A stretch of DNA of 32,827 bases from Blastocystis sp. subtype 4 (lineage: Eukaryota), in NCBI RefSeq assembly GCF_000743755.1, contig NW_014569444.1, positions 1-32,827 on the forward strand, written 5' to 3'. The notes beneath the pieces were generated by a model that worked only from the letters and a program-made list of their open reading frames with translations, had not been told where the DNA came from and did not search any database. Both the position numbers and the translations under genes were made by a program. Shown here in pieces: positions 21,567 through 32,041 of the stretch (position 1 is its first letter; the number at the start of each line of letters is the position of its first letter).

Positions 21567-24500
21567 TCAATTCCATTTGGAACAATAATTCTCAATTCCT
21601 TTACAAACATCTATAGATCAAAGACCACTTTTCACCTTCCTACACCTATTAATCGTCTCACCTTCTCGTTATCTCGAACATGCCAAGGACACCATATCCG
21701 ATGTTCATCAGATAGATTGAACAGCTAGTGATGAAATTCATTTCTATCTCTTACTTTCGCTTCAGACCCTTTCGAGTCACGAGAAACTCGTTTTGATAAT
21801 GGAGACAAAAAAGTGGAATTGCGTTTATTGGAAGGAATTTCGTCAAATTGTCCATCTCCCTGAGGGATTCCTTCTTGTTGTGGTGCTAACTTACCTGAAC
21901 TTACCTGTGTATTCTCTTCCATATCTGTAGCAGGAGTTTTATTGGCGGGAGTTTCATTTGAGAGAGGGTCTGAAGCGAATCCTTCATTCATATTGATGGG
22001 AGTTTCGTCTTTAGAAATTTCCTCATAATCGATTTGAAGTGAATCACTGAGAAACGAAGAGGATAGATCAATATCACTCATGGACAACTCTCCTAATGAA
22101 TCCAGTTCTGATTCTGATTGTACTCTTTCCATTTCAGTCATATTATCTTCCTCATCAGATTCAGATTGAATCTTTGCTACTGTATCTATTTCTCTTTGTG
22201 ATTCCACTTCTATCTTGATAGGATCCTCTGGCATAGCTGGTTGCATAGTCTCTGGAGGAGTGTTCTCCTGATTGTTAACCACTAGAAGTTCTGGTTCTGT
22301 TTCTTCCTTCTCTTCTGGGTCTGTATCTGTGTCACCTTCTGTCTGAACAGCAGAAGACTTCATGGGTTCTGTTTCCACTGGTTCTGCTTCCATAGGTTCA
22401 GGCACCATCAGTTCTTCTGGTTCTGCCTCCTTGGACTCAATTTCTACCAATTCTGGCTCCACATCACCCACCTCAACTGGCTCTGACTCATGTTCACTCT
22501 GTTCAGCTTCCACAGGTTCTGACTCCAGTTGGTCAATTTCCATTTCTTCTTCCATTGGTTCTGCTTCTACTGGCTCAGTCTCTCCATGTTCCATCTCCAT
22601 TTGCTCAGCTTCCATTGGTGTAGCTTCCACAGGCTCAGCTTCCATTGGTGTTGCTTCCATTGTCTCAGCTTCTACTGGTGTTGTCTCTATTGGTGTAGCT
22701 TCCACTGCCTCATTCTCCATATGGTCCGTCTCCACAGTCTCAGTTTCCACCACTTCAGCTTCTACTGGTTCAACCTCTCCTGGAGTAGCTTCCACTGGCT
22801 CAGTCTCTTCTACCTCAGCCACTATTGCTTCAGCTTCTACGGGTTCAGCCTCTGTGAACTCAGGAGGAGCATGCGAAGATGCTTCCACTGGCTTAACGTC
22901 TTCAGATCCAGCTTCAATCGTTTCAGCCTCTACTGGCTTCTCTTCAGGCTCTAGATTCGATTCCAGTTCAGCTTCTATTGACATCTCTTCCACTGGTTTT
23001 GTTTTCATCCTGTCAGATTCATCCTGCTCTATCTCCATTGGCTCAGATCCAACCAACTCAGCAGATTCACTCTCCTCCTGTTTGGATTTGGTTTGTTTTG
23101 TTGCTTCAGGCTCAGTTGGTTCTGCTGGTTCAGTCTCTGTTGGCTCACCTTCCTCAGCCGTCACTGATTCGGACCCTGCTAGCTCTGTCTTTATTGCCTC
23201 AGTTCCCTCAGATATCATTGCCTCAGTTCCCTCAGGCATTACCAACTCAGCCTCCACAGGCTCAGCTTCCTCAGGTAGCACTGGCCTAGTCTCCTCAGCG
23301 ATCACTGATTCAGACATTGCTGGGTCTGTCTTTACTGCCTCAGTTCCCTCAGGCATTACCAACTCAGTCTCCACAGGCTCAGCTTCCTCAGGTAGCACTG
23401 GGTCAGACTCTACCTTCACAGATTCAGCTTTAACCTGTTCTATTGGCTCAATCTCCACAGGATGAATCTCTGCTGGCTGTATCTCTACAGGTCCTTCATT
23501 CACCTGCTGTGTTTCCACCTCCTCCTCCTCCATTCCCTCACTCTCTGGAAGAACCTCCATCACCTTCCTTACTGGTTCTGCAATCATGTAATTATCTGCT
23601 CGAATCTCACTAATAACCTTCTCAACTGTCTCATCATCCACATAGCAAACGTCACACACACCACACTCCTAATCATCAATCCAGCACCAATCCACTTACA
23701 TCACAAACCTCACTCAACTGATTTGAATAATTCCACAATCCCACTCGTCGACCACATTCCGTACAGATTAACTCATCTCATCATCACTCATGTTTCTCAC
23801 CACATACCTGGACAATCACTCACAGCCCATCCAAATAATGCAAGTAAAATTGTTGTAACGTTCTTTCGACGCACTTCCACTGGATCCTCATCTGATGCTC
23901 CCATCTCCTGCAAATATGCTTCTACAAATGTAGACAAAACGTTATTATTGTTAAGTAATTCTAAATTGGCCGTGACTCCCAAATCCTATACCGTCAACTC
24001 TTTTTCCATTTCCTACATGCAGTTTCAATAATTCTTGCAATCTGGACTCAAAATCCTTTAACAATTCTGTACGTGGAATATTGAGCGGATCGGTCAGACT
24101 TTCGCAACTATGAAGACCAAACCAGGGACAACTGTCTGAATGACGTTGACTTAATTCAGAATGATAAGTAGCGACACAACCAGAAAATGCATCTGCAGAC
24201 ATCGTCGTATCTAGCTTCACCACTATTTTATTTCGACAGCTACTCATTAATTATATAAAATAAAATTACATTGGGCACTCAAGAGTATTCCGTGAGACAT
24301 TTTCCCAACCATGCGATGCACAAACAACAGGACTCAATTCTTCGGGCATTGCAAACCATTTGAACACGGTGAAGGTATCTATAATCACAAAGAAGGTAAG
24401 AATGCCATACGCAAACGATTCTTGTATTGGGCTCGATCTAACGGATTGAATGTTTGCCCACGATCTAGAGTCAAGGCAAAGAACAACAATCACATAATCC

Positions 24501-24587
24501 ATCAGCAGGATCCGTCGCTTGAGTTTGGTGAACAAATAGACTATTCCAGTTATCGAGTAGTTCTGAAATTCGTTTCACTTTGTCCAT
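21567..24587 (-). CDS. ZC3HC1: ZC3HC1/NIPA (Rsm1/Pml39)-like C3HC zinc-finger protein with a very large acidic insertion
   Basis: FNPLDRAQYKNRL.TFTVFKWFAMPEELSPVVCASHGWENV...LEC..C...HSDSCPW (zf-C3HC); LALFGW...CDVC; then about 630 acidic residues; then FNLSDEHRIWCPW completes the second module. Last exon uncertain. Confidence 0.82.
22360..23500 (-). repeat. Coding tandem repeats: 15-nt pentapeptide units (EAEPV/EATPM/ETEPV) and a 117-nt-period duplication
   Basis: Near-identical blocks at 23220-23284 and 23337-23401 (PVLPEEAEPVE[T/A]ELVMPEGTEA); many GCTTCCA[C/T]TGG-type units at 22500-22950. Confidence 0.85.
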
Positions 24588-24852
24588 TTGGAAATGGATT
24601 GTAATGGTGGATTTGAAAAGGGAATAACTAGAAACCTACTGTTGATTCTATATACTAGTGCGTATGGGAAATGAAAGAAAATGTGCAATTCTCCTCTTAG
24701 TACCTTTCTTCAGGCTTCTAATTGACTTTTCTGATACTCGACCTCAGATTGGATGTTGCAATACTCTTTTTTGTGATGGCATTCCACGTTTCCACCTTTT
24801 GTCTAGAACGTTCTTTTTGAGTCTTACAGCAGAATCTGTTTGTTTTGGTACT

Positions 24853-25277
24853 ATGGTATGCAATGACGTCACTTTATTTACCTTCTAGTCTGCTGTTTCC
24901 AAGTTTATTCCCTTTGCTGACCGTATTCTCTTGAAGAAGATTGTTCCCGTTGCCAAAGTTATCCTTTTCACTTGGTTTGATCTTGTAGAGTGTTGGTGGA
25001 ATTCTGCTTCCTGAAGATAGTATGCCTCAGAGAAATGAGTGTGAAGTACGAGTTTATGTGAGATTCTGATTCTAGGTTATTGCTGTAGGTCCTGGAAAGT
25101 ACACACCTAGTGGAAATCTCATTCCCTGTTCTGTGAAGAAGGGTGATAGGTAATCAAGTATTCGATTTTGTTATTCGTAGAGTACTTGTTCCTGGATTTG
25201 GTGGTGACCACATTAAGATCAATAACGAGGAGTACTTAATCTTCAACCAGAACGATATTCTCGGTATCTTCCAGTAA
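24853..25277 (+). CDS. HSP10: Chaperonin 10 (Hsp10/GroES), probably for the mitochondrion-related organelle
   Basis: Spliced (4 introns): M|SAVSKFIPFADRILLKKIVPVAK|SVGGILLPEDSMPQRNECE|VIAVGPGKYTPSGNLIPCSVKKGDR|VLVPGFGGDHIKINNEEYLIFNQNDILGIFQ*. Missed by the ORF track. Confidence 0.95.
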
Positions 25278-25305
25278 TTGGCTTCTTCATTTTATGCTTT
25301 TCTAT

Positions 25306-25313
25306 TGTTTGTT
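25306..25313 (+). terminator. TGTTTGTT element (Hsp10)
   Basis: Exact motif 28 nt after the TAA. Confidence 0.75.
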
Positions 25314-25360
25314 TTCATTTTCTTTTGTCTGAATTTCCTCTTTTAACCTTTTTGTTCTGT

Positions 25361-28300
25361 ATGTCTAGAGCAGAAATTGAGGGTATTCGTTCTAGTCTCA
25401 AAGCTGCAATTGAAAAAGATAACAAAACAGAGATTGTTCGTTCTATGAATCATTATGTAATGACTAGATTAATAGTTACAATGCGTTAGCTGAAGAATAT
25501 CGGAAACAAGGTGATTCCAAGAGTCTAGATATGGCTATTCGTTATCACAAATTGGAATTACAGACATGTGAAAGTGAGGATTTTGTAGAAGCGTATGCTT
25601 TGGCTTGTCGTTTTCTTGGCGACTGTTATCGTGATAAAGATGATATCAAAGCATCGAAGAAGTATTATCAACAAGCATTAGCAATGATTCGGCAAGATTG
25701 TCAGCACATTTCTGATGTCTATGAGGAGCATGCTTGTAGTTCCACTGGTATTCTTGTCTTGTGTCTGTGATATCTAGCTATTGCAATGGAAAAATCCTTT
25801 CATTCATCATGTCAAAAGACCTCCATTTTAATGGAATACTATCGTTCATTGTGTAATTTAGGTTTAGTTTATTTGAATGAATCAGTTTCTGATACTGAAA
25901 ACGGTCTTTATGGCGAATCAGATTTTCACATCCTTTATCGCAGTATTCCCCTCTTTCGTCGATCATATACAACAATCAAAGTAGCTGAAGTAAGAATATT
26001 ATTCTCCAGGATCATGGTGTAGAAGCTCCATTTTCAAGATCGGCCTCGTTATATTGAAGAGGAACGTGAATCACTCTGGTATCAAATCTATGCTGAAATC
26101 CTCCAGTTTCGATCAGAAGCATTATCCAATTTGGGTCTGGCTTATGAAGATGGAGGTATGATTCGTCGTAGCACTGAGTATCTGTTCAAATGTATCTATA
26201 TGCGAGAAGAGTTTGAAAAAGTGGTATTCCAAAAATCGTATAATTCTTAGTTACCGTCTAGTTTAGGTACTGATTGGGAGAGTGCAATTAGTAAGGCGAA
26301 ACACAGTCTTGGGACATGTTACTTGAAGTTGCGAATGACAGAAGAGAGTGAGAAGTATTTGGCGGAAGATCTGTTATTTTGCCGCCAAACTCGAAGTCGT
26401 GCTAAGTTGAATACAGAGTATGGAATTGTTTTCTTTGTGATCTAGTGGATACTACAAAGCATGTGTTGCTGAAGGACAGACGCATCTGTCATTAGGGACA
26501 TTGCATCTTCACAACCACACTATACCTGAGTATTTACATGCTCAACGTGAATATGAAGCTGCATTAACCTGTTTCCTAGCAGCAGGAGAACACATTGATC
26601 CTCAATATGTTGCTGATACACGGCAGAATCTCCTCGTTTTGCAGCGAACTCGAGATGAAATGAAGATGTACGTTGAACATAAGAGTGAGGCGGAGCAAGA
26701 AACTGATGATGAGAGGAAACTTCAGTTGTGGAGAGAATGTTGTGAAGAAGTGTTGAAAATGGAGCAATTTACTGATGAAACTCCATTTATCCAATTCAAA
26801 AATACTGCAGAAAAATGTCATGGAAACAATAGTCCAGAATTTGCGAAGAGCGTTCATTTGTATGCTGAATATCTGTACAATCTCTACAGTGCTTCCGAAG
26901 ACCCAGTAAAACTCTCATTGGCGAAAGAATTATGTGAATGTGCAATATCTGTGAACCGCGGGAATAATGACGAATTGGCATTAGCTGATGTATTGGAACT
27001 GTATGCTTCAGTATTATCAGCAATCCATGATAAAGCGAATGATGAAGTGATTGTGACTGTTCCAAGTGATTGATAGAGTGAAGTTCAGAGTTATGTGGAA
27101 TCTGCATTGATCTATGGTTCTCATCTCACAACACATCGAGAAGCATATCTTACCAATCTAAGTAATCTTATAATCACATATAATCGAATTGGTCGATTTG
27201 AACAAGGCAAACAATTGAAGATGCGAATCGATTCAATTCGTTCCTTATCATCTCAACCCCAAATAGAACAAGAAGAACTAGCAATTTCTTTTCCAACGAG
27301 TCCAGAGAAGGATCTGGATTCAGTTTCTACTGATATGAGTGATGATTTGTTTGCTACTGAAGGCGATTCCCAAATGATTAAAAAAGTCCCGATTTATGCT
27401 GTTCCAGATTCTTCAGAAGAATCATCGGATGATGAGGAACACGGGAATTTGGATGTTGTAGCGGAGATGGAAGTTGCATGTGATAAGGTTCCAATGGAAA
27501 CAGTATTACAAGAACAAGAAGAAGCATTAAAGTCCAAAATAGCTCTGAAATCAGGAAATCCAAAATCTGAAGCAAAAATCCATCTTCAATTAGGGGAATT
27601 CTATGAGCGTTCTGGTCGTTATTCGGATGCGGTGAACGAATATCGGTGCATCCAATCATTAATTGGTAATTCGAGAGAAACTGAAGAGTTGTATCATTTG
27701 AGCAGTCGAAGGCTGGGAGTGAGTCTTCGTGAGCTTGGTGAATTGAAGGAGAGTGTGAGAGTATTGAATAAGGATGTGGATGTGTTGGTATACAGACGTG
27801 GGAGATGCATGAATCGAGAGTATGGAGAGTATTATGATTCAGAATTGTGTCGATCATGTGAGGAACTGGGTAACAGTTTGATGAGGTGAGTGATTGAGTG
27901 ATGAGTGACTGAGTGACTGATGAGTGATTGAGAAACTGACCAAATGATAAGTGAGTGATACAGTGATAATATGATTGACTGACTAATTGCTTCATCTTTC
28001 TAACTATTAGTTTATATGACTATGATCAATCCACAGAGACTTTACATCAGGCTAAAGACACATACACACGAGCTTTAAATGCAGCCAAACGTTCAGATCC
28101 AACTTCGATTCCTGGTCTATATCTCAACCTAAGCATTACATTAATTGAAGAAGGCGATGTTCTTGAAGCTGAGAAACAGTTTCATTCGTATCTTACTTCA
28201 TCTGTTGATGCATCAACTCACAGTCGTATCTTGTATAATCTTGCATCCCTTCTCTTCAAAGAACAACGGCTTCAAGATGCCCTCTCTTATATCAGACAGA

Positions 28301-30503
28301 GTGTGAACGAAGATATTAAACGCATTGATCAGTCATTCCATCAGTCATTCACTCTGTATCTTGATATCATTCTTCTCATTCTATCTCGTTCTGGTAACCT
28401 TTCATATCTTCAGCAACTCACTCAATTGAAAGAGATTCTCACTAACAAACTGCATTCTGTTTCTAATCCTGATTCTATTTGGATTCGAAAATCATTACAA
28501 TCACTCGAAGACACATTTTCACATATTCATAATTGGGAAACCTATCAGGATTCCACAGTTGAAGATTGGTTGAATCAGGATTATCCACCAATCTACAAAC
28601 TTCGACACTCAATTGATTCTCACTCACCTCATTACTTCACTCTCCTGCTAATCGATCATAAGTTGAATGAGGCTGTTTCTCTTCTTAACAAGACTATTCC
28701 TGTTGAACATGTTCAGGACCTTGTTCAGCTTCTTTCTCATCATTTGAAATATTCCTATTCTTCTATAATAACAGATTCAGTTGTTGATCGACCTCTGTCA
28801 CGTGATCAGGCTACGTCTCTTCTTCGGAAAGTTGCTTCTCTTTTTCCTTCCTTGGTCCCTTCAGATATCATCAAATTCCCGCGGGAATCTGATGATAATG
28901 ATGATGATTTGTTACTGAAATTACGTAGTATTCGAGTGATTACAAATGACCATTCATCCTTACCAATACATCCTCATCCCCGTGATTCTTTCTATCCTCA
29001 TTCTCTTGAATATCCTCGTATTCATCAGAAACGCTTTCATAAACATGATCTTGAAACCAGATATGAAGAACCAGATACTAAGAAGTCTCATACTGATACT
29101 GAGGAACTTACATCTTTCATACCTGACATGGAACCAGAACCAATCACTATTCCTTCTCATGATGCTGAGTCTCCAGTTCATAAATCTTCTTCTTTTGTTT
29201 CACTTTCTTGTTGTTGTATCCTCTCTGGACAGGAATTTCATTCAACTGTAACATTGACAGAAATAGTTACTATTTCGATGGTTGAGAAAGAAATTCAATC
29301 TATATTGAGACGGATTTGTGTAAGCAAACAACAAGCAACTGATGGTGTAGGGTCATACTGTTTCTATCCTACGAATTCTTGTAAATAACCGTGTTTTTGG
29401 ATCTACAGTTCATCTTCAGTCATCTGATGAAATCACCGCTTATTGTGGAATTCCAGAATCCTCTTCAGTGTTGGATGCAATGCAACAGTGTGCTCAACTG
29501 AATGATATTCATTCTACAGGATACTACACAATCCTCCAGAGACTGTCAGCTGAGAGACAAGCATCCAATCAGTTGATCACTATGAGTAATCTGGTAGGTC
29601 TACCTCTCAGCAGTGCATCCCTTGTGGATGCAGACGTGTTTCTTGTTTGTTCCACATTACTGAGTCCATGTTCATCTCTTCATTCTATTGAACTAGCTGA
29701 CAATCAGTTGACTGATGTGTCAGCTGCATTGCTTGCACAATGGATTCTGACGAATCATGCTCCTTCTCTCATGTCTATAGATGTGAGTAGGAATCCTTGG
29801 TGGGGAGATGGTCTTCGAGACCTCTTCTTCAGCCTGAGACGTTGTTCGATTCACCAATTTGTAGTGACATAAAAATTGATTTAGTGAATAGAAATGTGAA
29901 GGGATTCGAATGAATGATGATTGTGTAAGGACACTAGTCAGTATAATCAAATCCTTCATTCCTTATATGGATCCTATTGCGAATCTTCAAAGGGGATTCA
30001 TTCTTCGTAATAGTGATGAATGATACTCAAGGAGTAGATGCAAAATATCTTCGGATTTCTGCCATAGCAAAAATCGATCTGTTTTCTTCCTTCGAAGGTC
30101 TTTCACTTGAAGAATTGGATGTTGAAGGAATTGAAATTCCCTCTTCTATAGAATTTGTGACTTCTTTTACGAATACATAAATCGTAGCGTTTTTTGGAAT
30201 CAATTAAACGGATGCTAATTCTTCGATATTTGAATCTTTCTCATTGTTCTCTGGTTTGATCTCATTCTGTGTCTTACTACTAGAATCAGCAGTCTGTATT
30301 GAGCTTATTGTCTCATGAGAGTCTTCCTTCTATTCAGAGGCTTAACCTCAGTTATAACAATCTTGGAGATGTCTCAATTCGAGCTGTTTTTAGTCAATCG
30401 TTGATTCGCTTTGTTTCAAGTAGGAAGGAAGTGAATGTGAATGTGCAAGGAATGGGTGTTGAAGGAATTGAGGTGAACGAGTGGAAGGGGAGGGTTTTAT
30501 TGT
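25361..30503 (+). CDS. TONSL: TONSL/TONSOKU-like protein: N-terminal TPR array and C-terminal ribonuclease-inhibitor-type LRRs
   Basis: N-terminal MSRAEIEGIRSSLKAAIEK...AIRYHKLELQTCESEDFVEAYALACRFLGDCY resembles the first TONSL TPRs; further TPRs follow; C-terminal LHSIELADNQLTD, LMSIDVSRNPWWGDGL, IQRLNLSYNNLGD. The end is placed at the predicted poly(A)-created stop (genomic stop ends at 30541). Assumed to be one gene. Confidence 0.72.
27886..28010 (+). repeat. 125-nt intron made largely of degenerate (TGAN)n repeats
   Basis: GTGAG...TATTAG; removal joins ATG AG|T TTA TAT GAC in frame with the downstream TPR exon. Confidence 0.8.
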
Positions 30504-30507
30504 CTGT

Positions 30508-30515
30508 TGTTTGTT
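30508..30515 (+). terminator. TGTTTGTT element (TONSL-like), inside the apparent ORF
   Basis: TTG T|CTGT TGTTTGTT. Confidence 0.8.
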
Positions 30516-30839
30516 ATGTGATACGACCACTTCTTCAGTAATATAGGTTTGCATAAGCTAAAGATGGGTAGGAGAAGTGCTAATTGGTGAAAGCTCTATA
30601 AGCAAATACTATTCATTCAAGTTGAGAAAATCACAGTTCCAATTGTGAATACAATGATCACTTCCTCGAATAGATAAAAAAGAAGTCAGTATTAAGCTAG
30701 GCAATTAGGTGGGTTATAGTCATGATAGACCCAATTATGAATGAATGTTCAGTGGTGATTCATAAATGATTTTTGATTACCATGCACTCGCTTCTAGAGT
30801 ATGCCATTGCAAGAATTATTCGTACTAATACTTTTATTC

Positions 30840-31855
30840 ATGGCGAGCTTTGTTCTTTTCTTTGCACTGATCTCCATTTCAGGTAAGATACATCAGAGTG
30901 TTCTAAGAGAGTAGTGGTAGCAGATGATCTTGTTAGCTATGGGTCTCTACCAATACCTACACCAACACCAACTCCTACTCCTGAACCTTGGTTCCCCATC
31001 TATGATCCTTTCATTCTTGGAGATAACTGCAATTATGAGTCTCAATTCAATTGCTATGAACAGATCATTCCCAACATTGACATAGTTAGAAGATATCTGG
31101 CTGTGAGAGATGCTTATCCCACGAAGGCTCTCAAACATACTAGAGTTCTTGCTCTTTCTGGAATCACTCAACCTGTTGTCGAATTGTTCCATGATTCTCT
31201 TGCTGCTCAGATTGAAAGAAATCCAGCTCCTATTGATATGTACTTCTATTCTGATTACAAACTTGTGAGATATGTTTGCTACTCTTGCTGTCCCTCTCAT
31301 TTCTCTTTCTCAATTCACTCGTCCTTCTCGAATTGTATTTGGAGATGGTAATTTTTTGATGGAAGGATTGAACACATTGATTCAATGGATGGTTGATAAT
31401 CGTGATAAGGGATACTTCAAGAATCTTGAATTCTTGCAAGTGACTGGTCACAAAGCTCTCATGATGCTTCAACAAATGTTGAATCTATGATAGCTACTAT
31501 TGTTTCAAATCTTCATACAATGTGTACTGATAAGGTGAATTTCCCTAAATTGACTGAAATGAACTTCAACAGTAATGCTTACAACGAGTTCAATGATGGA
31601 TTTGATGCTGCATTGAGAAATGCTTGTAATCGAGTTGAGACTGGAGTGAGTATTCGTGCTATGCAAGTATCAGTATCATATCCTACAATGTGTTCTACTA
31701 CGAATACTTATAATCTAGGATACTATGATATGACTGATGAAAAGGATACTAAACAATGTCGTTTCACTTGGAACTGGGAGATGGGTGACACATTGAATAC
31801 CTATGGTGATGGTCCCTACCCTAACTCTAATACTGAACCTTGTGATAATCAATAA
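30840..31855 (+). pseudogene. Secreted/surface protein with signal peptide, (PT)n stalk and LRR-like body; two frameshifts
   Basis: MASFVLFFALISIS|VVADD...PIPTPTPTPTPEPW; intron 30883-30914. The frame changes near 31266-31272 and 31456-31460 with no usable GT-AG intron. TAA 31853-31855. Confidence 0.6.
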
Positions 31856-32041
31856 CAGAGTAGAAATGATCGTATTTGTTGAGACAAATTACTAAATGTA
31901 TTGAATTCATGTTTACTGTCTTTTCTTAGTATATCAAGAATCTTACCATTCATGTTACAACATTATTCCGAACAACTAATACATAACATGCCATCCAGCT
32001 TATTAATTTCCATAATGAACAAACGACAAAAGAACAATAGA

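Noticed and set aside
22500..22950. Regularly spaced short repeats resembling a CRISPR array
   Set aside because: These are 15-nt degenerate coding units with no unique spacers; there are no cas genes and the context is eukaryotic.
22362..23465. 367-aa Ser/Thr-rich ORF on + (and His/Cys/Phe-rich ORFs in other frames)
   Set aside because: Antisense shadow of the Glu/Pro repeat exon of the ZC3HC1-like gene; the repeats simply lack stops on that strand.
27378..27995. 205-aa ORF on -
   Set aside because: Antisense to TPR exons and the TGAN-repeat intron; no independent coding evidence.
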